64,000 nt of DNA, taken from contig JAQGDQ010000868.1 in the NCBI GenBank assembly GCA_030141605.1, positions 1 to 64,000 on the forward strand. Reading direction: 5' to 3'. The notes beneath the pieces are model-generated. The model saw only the letters and a list, made by a program, of their open reading frames with translations. It ran no database searches and was not told where the DNA came from. Shown piece by piece: positions 52,304-64,000 of this stretch. The DNA is from Tubiluchus corallicola (Eukaryota; Animalia; Priapulida). The position numbers and the translations under genes are program-made. Positions within the stretch are counted from its first letter, which is position 1. The number at the start of each line of letters is the position of its first letter.

Positions 52304-53063
52304 TTGTATACATTTGACAATTTTGGGGTTAGCCTTACTAAAAGATTAAAGAAGTTCCACAGGGTTCAGTACCTTGGGCCACTTCCCATGCCTCGCTAAT
52401 GAGACTTGGTGATGGATGTCTTAATTGCTTTTAAACGCAACAATATGCTAGCCGTTCATAATTACATTAGCCAGAAACTAAAAAATCAAAGGAAGGTACC
52501 AGGGATTGCTGAATTTGTTAATGATAGTGTTGCACCAATGCCTTCAACTTTCTACGAAACCTAAAGTCCATTTCACACTGAGGACGCAAGGAAAAAAGAC
52601 CCACGGAATTGCTGTCAGAAAAGCAGAAAATTTTCTTCGCTCTCCTAAAACGCAGTTTGCTAGCTGCATCTAATGCAGGCTAATGCAGCAATTAAAGATG
52701 GAAACAAATTCTATGACTATTTTTGATCGTCCAATTCGGCTCAGACCTCAAGGCTAAAACTATAAGTGAATTTTAGAGCAGATTTCAGAGACAGGTAAAA
52801 ATGAATCACGTCATTTTTAAACAACTTAATTCCAGACAAAAGCACACATCATTCCATCAACACATCGTAAATAAAATCGGGTAGGTAAACTTTATAACCT
52901 AAAAGTTAATAAGAAAGTAAGTAATAATTTCTAATTTTAACTGAAATAACAAAATTGTTATATTCCAAGTAATTTTCACGACACGTCCCACTGCAGCACA
53001 AGGAAGCCATAGTAATTCCAGTATTGTAAAATACAAATTGTAATTTGCTAAGCACGACTTGTA

Positions 53064-53085
53064 CACACACACACACACACACACA

Positions 53086-53160
<75 letters not shown>
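53064..53160. repeat. (CA)n/(GCAC)n microsatellite
   Basis: Seen directly. Confidence 0.97.
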
Positions 53161-53162
<2 letters not shown>

Positions 53163-56100
53163 TCATCAACACATCATAAATAAATTCTGGAAGATAAACT
53201 TTATAACCTTCAAAACTTCAGAAAAACTCAAAATTTTGGAGTTGTTTACGGAAGTTACGAAAATTATGGCTGATAGAAACCAACCAGGCTGAGAAACTAT
53301 GTAGTCCTTATTTTCTTCACGCCCTGGGTAATTTTGTTGACTTGAATGGGCATTTTGGTGGACTTGCAATTGAAGCATAAACACATAATATAAGTAATTT
53401 TCTCTCTGTGTTTTAACAGAAGTCCAGTCTGTCGTGTGTCATTGTCATCTGCATTTCAGTTCATTCATTCTTCGTGAAATTGCTTCTCATGACTGGATTG
53501 TGAAATAAGCAAAATAAAGAGAGCACTGCTTTTGTTGCGTTCCAACGCCTCTTTCGCATCATGTAGAAATAAGGCCTATGCCATTCAGCATTGACGTAGT
53601 GGGGGTGCCTGTCACTTGAATTGACAGATGCTTCTGACTGTGGGACTCGTGTATTTATTTAGTCGTCCACTCGTCCGCCTTGTTCTAGAAGCTTGGCGTG
53701 GTGGTAGCGTGTTTATCTACGCTTCGGTTACCAACACTTTTGACAGCGCAGTGTGAGACCATGTTTACGTGCAAAAACGTAAACCTTGCACAATAAGCGA
53801 AATTTGGAACTTTGGCAAGTGACCAGGTCATGTAATTGCAGGAAACAAAGAGATACGCTTGGATCACAGCACTGCCACAAGAATAACTTTGCACGAAATT
53901 AATCTGTCAAGTCCTAAAAAGCAAAAAATAACATTCTTTTTTATTAAATTTGTCGAAATCTGATTCCACCAAGAAAAGATTCAAATCCAATCAAAGCATT
54001 TATTTTTATCCCAATCAAAAAATACATAGAAGATTAATACAAATAACCAAAAAACGGGAAAGGGTGGCGAAAAGCATAAGTTATCGAATCAGCCACCCCA
54101 GACGGAGTATAAACTTACAGCTACGCAGTATTGTATATATATATATATATATATAAACTGTAGTAATTTTAAAAAGAATTTAAAATCCTTTCAAGTTAAA
54201 TAATTGTAGCATTGAAATATATACTTCATTTATCATGACATTTACTATATATAAAATATTTCCAAAATTAACTGGAGAAGAGAAATAAAATTAACGGAAA
54301 ATACCTGCATGCTTACGATAATTTTAACTTGAGAATTAATATTACTTTTTAAACTAACTAAAACAAAACGAGTATAATAATTACATTTATATATCATGCA
54401 GACAATAGTGTATGTAAATAATTAATTATAACTCAAAAAACTGAAAAACACTTTATGTTGGGTAATGACTAATATTGCATAGAACCAGTCAGTTTTTGCT
54501 AGGCAATGGCATAGTTATCTCTTACACTGATTTCTCTGTTAGCAAGTTCGATCCCAACTGACAAGCAAATGCGTCAGTTGACAAGCAATTTCTCCGCAGC
54601 ACAAAATTCAAATAATTTACTTTGAGGCACCCGTTTTTCGTAAATATTTTTATTCTCTCGATGATCGCCATTCGTGACTTCGTGATTTCGCTATCAGATG
54701 ACGTCAGATTCGCAAATTTCCGAGGCAATAATGATCAGAACAGCATCAAAGAGAGAATATTCGCAAGTGCATCTGACACTGAAGTCGATTTAGTCCCTTT
54801 TCATTTTGCGCTCCAAAAACTTGTAATGTGAATTCAGTTTACTGGGGAAGCAGCTATAGTCTAATGTGCGATATGTGTTTTGTATGGTCCAAATGCCAAC
54901 GCTTTTTAAACTGAGCCGTCGTCAGTCAGGGGTGAAATTCTCGTCTATTTTGAATAATTTTAATAAACGTAAGAGAACCTCTAATGTAAGAGAAAATCCT
55001 ATTAACGATATTAGATTTCAATGCTATGGGCTCTAGCAAAAATAAATATTGCGCTCACAATCGCAATCAAAAATTCATATTTCTGATCATGCTAGATCAT
55101 GCACAGATTACATTTGTGCAAGCAAAAAGAAACAGGCATTTGCACAACTGTTGTGTTTTATATATTTATAACTGCAGCATAATTATATAGCGATGATGTC
55201 TAAATTCCGTAAAATTCCTTCTGGAGAATTTCCTCCTGGGTCAGAATATGAAATTTTAATGGTCTATTCTCTTCGGTTTAGAAAACTTTGAGCCCCTTAA
55301 GCACAGTAAAGCTCAATGTACACCAGAACATTTAAGGCCGGTTTAAGTAATCCGTTTAAGCGCGAGTGATGATATTCACCGTGAGTAGTTTTTTTTGTTC
55401 TGGGTAGTGTCATTTCGGCATGTCTGCAGTCCAATCACTGATGTCCAGCTACTTCTTTGGCGTCTATGGTTGCATATAATTGCGCGTAGTAGCTGGATTT
55501 GGTTGCACATTGTTGCGCATATAGTTGCTGGATAGAGCTGTCGGTTATGAGACTTTTACGCAACGCTTGTCTGCAGTCACTAATAAGCTAATCAGCAACC
55601 TCCTGGCGCTGAACTAATGGATCCAAATGAAAGATTATCGATGAAAAATGAGAGACGAAAAATGCGCTGTGGACACTGTCTGTGTTCTTGCTTGACTCAA
55701 CTCGACCGAGGACGCCGGCAGTTAGAAGTTACCCCATATTATGTATTTAAACCATAACGAGTAGGCGTGCACGCCTCTCATACTTTTGAGAATGCCTATT
55801 AAAATATCCTTCAGCTTTCAACTGGAGAATAATTACTGACGTAACGTAAGTTGGTTCTATAATTCTTCACTAATATGATGTCTATTTAGTCTAACGAAAT
55901 GGCGTTAAATTGTGTAACTAGTACTTCAAACACAATTAGTTGTACTAGTGTTCTTGGGTTTAGTGTTTAAACTAACGTTACCGACTGTTTTTTATTAGCT
56001 TTGGTATAATCAAATGCTACTTCATTAGACTTAGTATTAGACACATTGGTTAGTCCATCAATATCAATAAAGTCTACACTAAAGGCTGTTGTAACATTCT

Positions 56101-57812
56101 AAACTTCTATTATACTTTTTGAGGGCCTTGGTGTCAGCAAATAGTAATCAAGGCTACTCTATGTGTCAGTGGTTGGTTATAATGATGCTGTCTTGCTTTA
56201 CGAAGGCTTTCCAAAACGTACCTGATGTACAGGAAAACAGCTTGCAAGATTGCGTAGTGTTACAAACCAATAATTGTGCAATACAAAAAGTTACACACTG
56301 CATCTGGCATCGCTGTGTTTCTACAAAATTCTGATGGTTGTTTGTGTCGAAGGGTTTTTAAATTCGAGAGCTCTGCGAATAGAAATGATTTGGGGTGTAC
56401 GTGGAAGGAAATTATAGATTTATTACACATATAGCATATTTATTTATCATTTAAAAATCTTAACTTATGGAGAAATAAAATTACCACAAAGGCCACTGGA
56501 AACATGGTAGTCAATAAAATAACTACGACGCTTTCAATGTGGCAGTTGTGGCAATTTTGTAGCATAATTATTCTTTGTACACCTTGAACTTATTTATGCG
56601 TTTATTTCTTCTTCTTTAAAAACATGGGAACCTAACAGAGTGAAATAACGTCACCTTTCCAAAGAACCACAGTAGTAAGCGTTTGTTATTTCATTATTAT
56701 TACAGACTGTTGAAACCAAAACAGAGAATTTTTAGACAGCATACAAACGTGTACAGAGCATGCTGATTACGTAAAACATATGTTTTCAGGCGGTTGAAAG
56801 TAGCGACACTCTGGCGTGTTTCTGCAGTAGAATTTACGAGTTTGTATTTCAAGCGAAACGCGCGTGCAGTCATAAAAAAGTGGTGGTTTGAGTATAACGC
56901 AATCAAAGCTAAAGCAAAATAGACAAGTTCCACTCTAAAAAAGTCAGTAAAATCGCGTATTGTACACATTAGCAGAGAAAATGTCGAAGAGCGAGATAGA
57001 GTCTTTATTATGTAGGATAGAAGTGTTAGCAGTCTTTATAGCAACGGTTGCTGACATGAAGAACGTGTACACCAGGGTTCTGTAATCCACTTGTTTCTTT
57101 GTCACTGCTGGTTTAAGTCCCTTTAGCCGTCCTTCTGCCCACATTTGCTTTATCTTATTAGACTTCAGCAAAATTAAAGATGCCTAATAAAAAATTACAG
57201 TGGTGTTTACAGTAGTTTTTGGACAGCAATTTACTGTAGGATTTAATTAAAGTTTTCGTCATCTAGCAAGAAGCCAGATGACTTACTTGTAGTCCGATGT
57301 TTGAAGACAATTACTTTCCTACTAAAGGAATGTGTATTCATTGGAAGAGGAAACAATTATTTCTTATAATTGTGGAAAAATCTCGCTGTGCTTCTCTCTC
57401 TCGACGTTCAAAAGTCATTGTGCGCGTGAGCGGCATGAAAAACCAAGATTGACTTTACAAACTGCTAATTAGGAAATCAGTTTTCTGTTATCTCCAGCCC
57501 CCCGGATTTACATGTCCAAAAGTGACATAAAATGCGAGAAACTCATTAGGACAGCCTATAAAATTTAGTTGAACAAAGTATACCTGTTTACAGACCGTTC
57601 GTAGATGAATAGTACCTTACAATACAGTTTTTTAAATAAGTCTATCTCATTTGTTTTATAGTCAGATTGAGTTCTGCGATTGTTAATGATAGAATTTTGC
57701 ATAATAACAATAATAATGATGAAGAATTGAAAGCGCAAAAATGTATATAACACAGAAAAGAATGAGGTATTCTTTTGTTTGTGGACTTTGGATTTGATTC
57801 AATTTACACTGA

Positions 57813-57907
57813 TAGCAGCAGCAGCAGCAACAGTAATAGCAGCAGCAGCAGCAGCAGCAACAGTAGTAGCAACAGCAGCAGCAACAGCCGTAGTAACAGC
57901 AGCAGCA
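57813..57907. repeat. (GCA)n trinucleotide repeat
   Basis: Seen directly. Confidence 0.93.
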
Positions 57908-58094
57908 CCATTACTGCATAAGACTTCCATTATTGGCCCAGGGCAAAAAGGAACCAGAGTTAGCTATAATAGAGCGAGGTCATGTCCGCTCTAGAACAGA
58001 GACGAACGGCTCTCTATCCATCACTTACTTGCACTGCTGAGAAAAGTATCTTATTTCTCAATGTTTATGTTACTGAGTACCAGAGTTTGTATAT

Positions 58095-58225
58095 ACCGCT
58101 GGGTCCCCCGTGGGTTCCACCGCCCATTCTCATTGGCAGAAGCCGCCAAGACAAGCCGCCTGATTGGCAGACGCGGCCGCGACTCCACCTTCGTGCGCTG
58201 GATGAGTATTCGCAGTCATTTGTAA
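58095..58225 (+). promoter_or_regulatory. GC-rich promoter-like island: GC box + two inverted CCAAT boxes
   Basis: CCGCCC at 58120; ATTGGCAGA at 58132 and 58163 (31 bp apart); Inr-like cagtcatt ~58213; 130-250 bp upstream of ATG 58352. Confidence 0.55.
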
Positions 58226-58351
58226 CTGTGTCGATACTTGGATGCTGGGAACTTGTTCATCTTCTTCAACTTGCTGCTTAGTCTTCTATTTACTTGTTGC
58301 GGAATTTATTGCTGACTTTAATTAAAAATGAAGTAATTGTGTTATATAACA

Positions 58352-58580
58352 ATGTTTGCAATGCAACACAGCTGTGCATTGTGCACCTTCACGTTTTTGT
58401 GCATTGCATTAACAGTGTCTGTGGTGTATGCAGGTTATGGCTGTGATTTTGAAGAAGACTGCCTATGGACGTTGACGGAAACGGTGACGCCGGATGGAAG
58501 AAAAGTAGAAGGTTTCAAATTACAACAAGCAGAAAAAGATAGAGGTCTAGCACAAGACTATTCGCCAGGAACTAGATATG
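58352..58580 (+). CDS. Exon: start of a MAM domain (58434-58580, phase 1-1), preceded in frame by a signal-peptide-like sequence from ATG 58352
   Basis: GYGCDFEEDCLW...QDYSPGTRYG fits MAM CxFExxCxW...DHTxGTxxG; donor atg|gtaaga; internal acceptor gtgtatgcag ends at 58433; upstream MFAMQHSCALCTFTFLCIALTVSVVYA. Confidence 0.82.
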
Positions 58581-58600
58581 GTAAGAAAATGTTTAAACTT

Positions 58601-58850
58601 AAAGTAGTAGGTAGTACTTTTTACTGGCAAAGTAGTAGGTAGTACTTTTTCTGGTAAGCTAGTAGATAGCACTTTTTACTGGTATAGTAGTAGGTAGTAC
58701 TTTTTACTGGTATAGTAGTAGGTAGTACTTTTTACTGGTACAGCAGTAGGTGGTACTTTTTACTGGCAAAGTAGTAGGTAGTACTTTTTCTGGTAAGCTA
58801 GTAGGGAGTACTTTTTACTGGCATAGTAGTAGGTAGTACTTTTTACTGGT
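58601..58850. repeat. ~27-bp tandem repeat
   Basis: Unit agtagtaggtagtactttttactggt(a). Confidence 0.92.
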
Positions 58851-59106
58851 AAAGCTTGCGTATTTTTGTAATGTGTGCAATATTTAAAATGTCCGCTAAA
58901 CCTACAACTTTTTAAAGCGATATTTTTGCCTGTCAATTCGGGGGAACCCACTATGAAACTTTTAATTTTTTTAAAGTTTTGAAAAAAAACGTTTACTCTA
59001 TGAATTGACTTCGTTGAAAATCCTTGACATTAATGATAAGCAGACATTTCTGACTTGGCTAAAGTTTACATCTCCCCACACAAGAAATTTGTTCATGAAG
59101 AGGACC

Positions 59107-59218
59107 AGGGTTATGGTTAGGATTAGGGTTGGGTTAGGGTTAGATTAGGGTTAGGGTTAGGATTGGGTTAAGGTTAGATTAGGCTTAGGGTTGGGTTAGG
59201 GTTAGATTAGGGTTAGGG
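59107..59218 (+). repeat. Degenerate interstitial (TTAGGG)-like tract
   Basis: Mixed ttaggg / ttggg / gattag units. Confidence 0.8.
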
Positions 59219-61565
59219 AATTGTAAGCTCATTCCTCAGATTTTACGAGTTTCATTAATATTCTCCAGAACTTTAAACGCTCTTAAATATTTGAGTTTTC
59301 AATTCTACGAAAGGTGTTGTTATCTTTTAAAAAGTGCCAACAATTGTTTTTATTCGATTCATTAGTTTAACGGTTTAAAAATTTTGTTTTCTAAGAAATT
59401 AATAAAACGATACAAGTTAACTACTGGAGTAAAAATAGGGTTTGCCTAGAATAATATATCTTTGCCTATGTTATTTATATATTTTTATCCATATAAAGTC
59501 TGTAGTTTGTAAGCACAATAGCCACACAGCAGTTAAGCGAAACGTTTGACTAAAATTATAATTGAGACCATCAATGTTCAGTTTCCATGAATAAGCAAAG
59601 CCCACGCCAGTCACTTAACCTTTAGCTGCATGAACGTCTTTAACGCCTTGACAATTAGTATTAATGGTTTTTCTTTATTACAAAATCAATATCGAAAACG
59701 GAATGCCACCGCTAAGGGATGCGGTGAGTCAGTAACATATTACTGACTGTGCGTTTCCTGAAACCTCTCTGGCTTTCGAAAGCGTCATTTCCGTAAACAG
59801 AAGTGCAATAATCGCAACACATGCACATTAAGTATTTTAATTTTTCATCTCTTGCCCACACCGCCTCGCTTCTCATTTTAGCACTGTCCTACATTATGGA
59901 TAGGCTGACAGGCTTGAAGTGAACATTCTACTCATCTCTGGATATTGAAAGCGATAAATCATTTAACGTGACAACGCTCCAATCAATACCGGAAATTGGA
60001 CAAATGACTCGAAGCGGCCAGTCGAAGATTTGAAGTCCTCTTTTCGCCTTCTTAACCAGCGCCTATTGAGTCTATAAATTTTGCACTTGAACAATGTTTA
60101 GCCATGGCTTCGCATGTTCGTGGTTTGTTCAAGATAATGAACACCTTTTAAGGTTTTCCAGTTCTTGCTGTCTACAGTCGTAAATTTCAAATTTTATTTG
60201 AAGTGGATTTAGTATTCAAACAAACCATAGTTTACTGAGAGTTCAGCTTTCCCCAGTAAAACAACAACAGAAGCTTTAGGTCATGACAACGCATTTGAAG
60301 CAAGGTTCAGTGATGTACATGCCGTTGTAGAATGTTGTTTAGACATAAGGTTTAGTAGATAGCAACTCTACTGTTTAGAAATACAAATACTTCTTTTTTT
60401 TATTTTTAACTTCAATTAAAACAGTCTAGTGCTCACGAGTTATGTTACATACTATAGGTATCATATAGAATTGTGTGTAAACAACTAATTTATCGTATTT
60501 ATGTCGTGTAAGAATGAAAGTTTATGGCGAACAAAATCAATGTTGTTTCTAGTTAATCACTAACCCTCTTCTGGAAATTTATTAGTTAATATTTCATCTC
60601 GCGCAGGACGTGCAGCGCTACTAATTAGCTATTAGGCAGGAAGACTGTTTAGGTTTCATTATTAGTCGACAGTGACTGTCTGGCTTCGTGGGAGAGCGCC
60701 GTCGTTACGACTAATTTGCGTATGCGTGAGTTATGCACGATCGTAGGCAGGATTTTGAGTGAACAGTAATGTTGACCGATTGACCAGAGGTTCACAAGAA
60801 ATGCTTTTTCAAAGTGATTGTTTGACTGATGTCACGTTAAACTGCACTTTTTTCATAATTTATGCATAAAATTGACAATTTTTTATGGTAATATTGTAGC
60901 TTTCTTGTGTATACCATTCACCAAGGACAATGCTTTCTCTTAAAAGACAAAGTTAATGTCTAATGGCAGATTAAACTGTCATAATGTCAAATTTAAATCG
61001 TTCTCTTACACGATCAATTTTCGAATGCAAATCAGATTTTTTTCGCAAAATACTAGATTTGAAGGCAAATTTCCTCTTAAAAGACTTGAACATTAATGCT
61101 AATGAGCTGACCAAAAGAATTTACTGAACACAACTGATTTTTCCCCCATCGTCAATATGCTCGGCATTACTAGCGTGTTTAAATAATTTGGCTTGAGAAT
61201 ATAATTTTCCCAATTAACGAAGTTTAATGAACTCACGACTAGCAAACACAAAATTTCACTCTTCTACACTCATACAAGTGCGACAACGTGATTTATCAGC
61301 CTGCGACAGATTATGAAAACAGGCTTATTCGCACTTTGCAGGTATCAAAAACGTAATAAGAAAATTAAGATGCAGCAAAATTGTTAAAAACCGATAAGAC
61401 TAATAGACATAATATTAAATATGTGATGGTATTAATATTATATATATATATACATAAATGAGTCTGTATAGAAAACAAAAAAACTGATAAGTAGATGGGT
61501 ACATTATTAACGAGTTAAAATATATAAGTGCTGGAACGATTAATTTTTGAAAGGTTTCTTCTAAA

Positions 61566-61691
61566 ATCTTCTTCGTTTTCTTCTTCTTTTTCTTTTTCTT
61601 TTTCTTCTTCTCCTTCTCCTTCTCTTTCTCCTTCTTCTTCTTCTCCTCCTTCTTCTCCTTCTTCTTCTCCTTCTTCTTCTTCTTTTTCTTA

Positions 61692-61742
<51 letters not shown>
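61566..61742. repeat. (TTC/TCC)n + (TTA)n microsatellites
   Basis: Seen directly. Confidence 0.95.
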
Positions 61743-61744
<2 letters not shown>

Positions 61745-62384
61745 TTAGTACATTCAATATTGACTTTATTATAGTGTGACAGACAAAAGACGTTACTATT
61801 TAATGATTCCAATATGATCAGATAAGGAGACATTGTAAGAGGTCTTCAGTTACTTGTTCGTTTTAGTACCTCTGATTTTCTACAGGTTCTAATTATTCTA
61901 GGAAAGTAAGTTCCATGCTGTCATATCTTAAAGCATCAGCAAATCGTGAAATCGTCATTGTAGGAATGCCCTGAGAGGATAATTTATAGTCTCCACGCTA
62001 CGCAATACTAAAAAAATCACAAAGCGTTTTTTCTGCGTGTGTTTACGCTTGCAAATGAAGCCCAGTCAGGCCATGAAGCGTAGCAGAACTTTTTTCATGC
62101 TTTCTCACGCGTCTCAGTCTGTTTTGTCTTATTACTATCCCTCTTGACATGCAAGAATTCCAGAGTAAACACGCCATCTTGTTTCTTGCTTCTCTGAGAA
62201 ACAGCAGGCAGTCTTCAGGTTGCGTACTTCTTGCTCGTGATGGAACTCAGAAAAAGTTGCGAAGTAAATATCATGAATCTTAATGATCTTGCGGGAAAAC
62301 TGAAATTAAATTAAGTTGATGTGATGTAGATGAAATAAAATCCTGCGAAAAATATCAGTTTAATTTATTTACAGTGCCACCCAC

Positions 62385-62600
62385 CATCATTAGCATCATC
62401 GCACGTCATCATCATCACCACCATCATCATCATCGTCATTGTCGTCGTCGTCGTTGTCGTCGTCATCATCATCATTATAATAATAATAATCATGATCATT
62501 ATCATCATCATCGTCATCGTCATCGTCGTCGTCGTCATCATCGTCATCGTTGTCGGGATCATCATCGTCGTTGTCATCATAAGCATCATCATCATCATTA
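62385..62600. repeat. (CAT/CGT)n trinucleotide tract
   Basis: Seen directly. Confidence 0.95.
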
Positions 62601-63224
62601 TGTTTATGAAAACCAATGTAAAAATTGGTCCTTGAAATGCGATAACGAAAGTCGTTATGCTTGGTGTGAGCATATGTCTATAGGCTGTATTGAAGTTTAT
62701 CGCAAAGCAGCGGCCGACCAGCTAAGTGGCACATGGCAATTGTTAGTATATGTAGTTTGTACTAGAGAGAAGAGAAATTTATATAAGAAAGTGAAACAGG
62801 AAAAGTTAAGGTAGGTCAGCAAGAATAGGACAGCATTAAAAAAAATAGTTTGGAGAGAGAGGGTCATGGGATCAGGTTCACACATCATAGTTTTAGTTTT
62901 TTGAGAGGTGATTTATTTTATTTTTGTAAAAGTGTAATTAGTAATTATAAGTGGTTGTGCTAATGGAGAGAATTTTTTATACTTATATTTTTAAAAATTT
63001 TTTAAAAGCATGTTATGAAGGAGTCAGGAATACAAAAAAACGAATACAAATACAGGTTTTTTGGAGTCCTCAGGAGGAGACTTGAGAGACGAATTTCGGC
63101 TGCTAAACTCCTCAATTCTTAAACTCTCAAGCGCAGCCAATCGTGGTCCGCTAAGCAGAGCTCTGCGTGACCTTCACGATTCTCCTCTTTACATAGAAAA
63201 CAAACAAATATATATACACACGAA

Positions 63225-63680
63225 CATATAACACAAGGATTTCTTAAAAAGTTTGTTAAGTTTATAAGTAGTTGTGTTGTTTTTAAATTGAGTGTTATTT
63301 GGATTAAATTTATTTAGATGCTTAAATTTAAATATTGTAAAGAGGGGAGCTTATATTTAGTAAATTTTTAAAAAAAAATTTTTTAGTTGTTTAAATTTAA
63401 ACTAATGTAAATAGGAGGGTTCTTATTCAGTAAATTTTAAATTTTTGAAATCCCAAGTGCAGACAACTAAGTGTTGCTAAAACTAGTTCTGCAACACCTA
63501 GTTCTCCTGTTTTATGTAATTACAAATAAGTATATAACATAAGGGTTTCTTAAAAGAATTTGTTATGTTTGAAAGCAGTTATGCTGTTTTAGGTTGAATG
63601 TTATTCAGATTAATTTAGTTAGATGTTTAAATCTAATTATTGTGAATAGGAGGGTTTTATTTAGTAGATTTTCAGAATTT
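63225..63680. repeat. Diverged ~300-bp-period direct repeat
   Basis: tttcttaaaa...tttgtta...gtgttatt...ttagatg blocks at ~63240 and ~63546. Confidence 0.6.
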
Positions 63681-64000
63681 TTTAGAGTTATTTTTAGAAA
63701 ACCATGGTTTTTCATTACTTTAATAGATATAACTAATTATAATTATAATTATAATTATAATTATTGATTTTATATTTTTTATTGATTTATATAAGGTTTT
63801 TGACTGGATTTTCTGATGAGTCGAGAAGCAATTATAATTTAAATGTAGCTCAGAGGGCAGTAGAAAGATGCTAGAGTTAGATTATAATTTGTTTTAGAGC
63901 AGAAATTTGTTAATTATATAGTGGAGTTGTTCTAAGACATTTCGGGCAAAATATTTTTTACTAAAATTACAATTTAACTGTAATATTTGTAATACAAGGG

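Noticed and set aside
53420-53507. Candidate terminal or GPI-tail exon after LDLa (acceptor tgttttaacag)
   Set aside because: The hydrophobic reading (KSSLSCVIVICISVHSFFVKLLLMTGL*) is phase 0, incompatible with the phase-1 LDLa donor; the phase-1 reading is unremarkable.
59882-61905. Next MAM exon candidates at 59882, 60607, 61342 and 61885
   Set aside because: Phase-1 readings hit early stops or lack the expected GxYL/aromatic MAM motif; the next exon probably lies beyond the window.
62365-62814. His/Arg-rich or Met/Thr-rich ORFs
   Set aside because: Products of a (CAT/CGT)n microsatellite with no splice or domain support.

Overview
AT-rich, repeat-dense, intron-rich animal (invertebrate-like) genomic DNA; not prokaryotic, and the species cannot be determined from the sequence. 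Manual splice-site and phase reconstruction gives two head-to-head multi-exon genes that the ORF track shows only in fragments. (1) A minus-strand gene (ATG 7220, running off the left edge) built from small exons and encoding a signal peptide plus divergent cadherin-like repeats. (2) A plus-strand gene (ATG 15603) encoding signal peptide - 4 WSC - 3 Ig-like - LDLa (about 810 aa to 41114), which can splice in phase to a MAM-domain exon at 58434-58580. That MAM exon also has its own in-frame signal peptide and a CCAAT/GC-box promoter, so it is either an internal alternative start or the start of a separate gene. Introns and intergenic DNA hold two inverted copies of a 5S rRNA-headed, RTE-tailed SINE, several truncated LINEs (CR1/L2-group, RTE), hAT-, piggyBac- and Tc1/mariner-type MITEs, minisatellites (28, 34, 36, 95, 127 bp), a partial exon duplication fused in frame to a minisatellite, and long microsatellites that generate most of the long spurious ORFs. 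All gene models are read by eye and have no transcript support.
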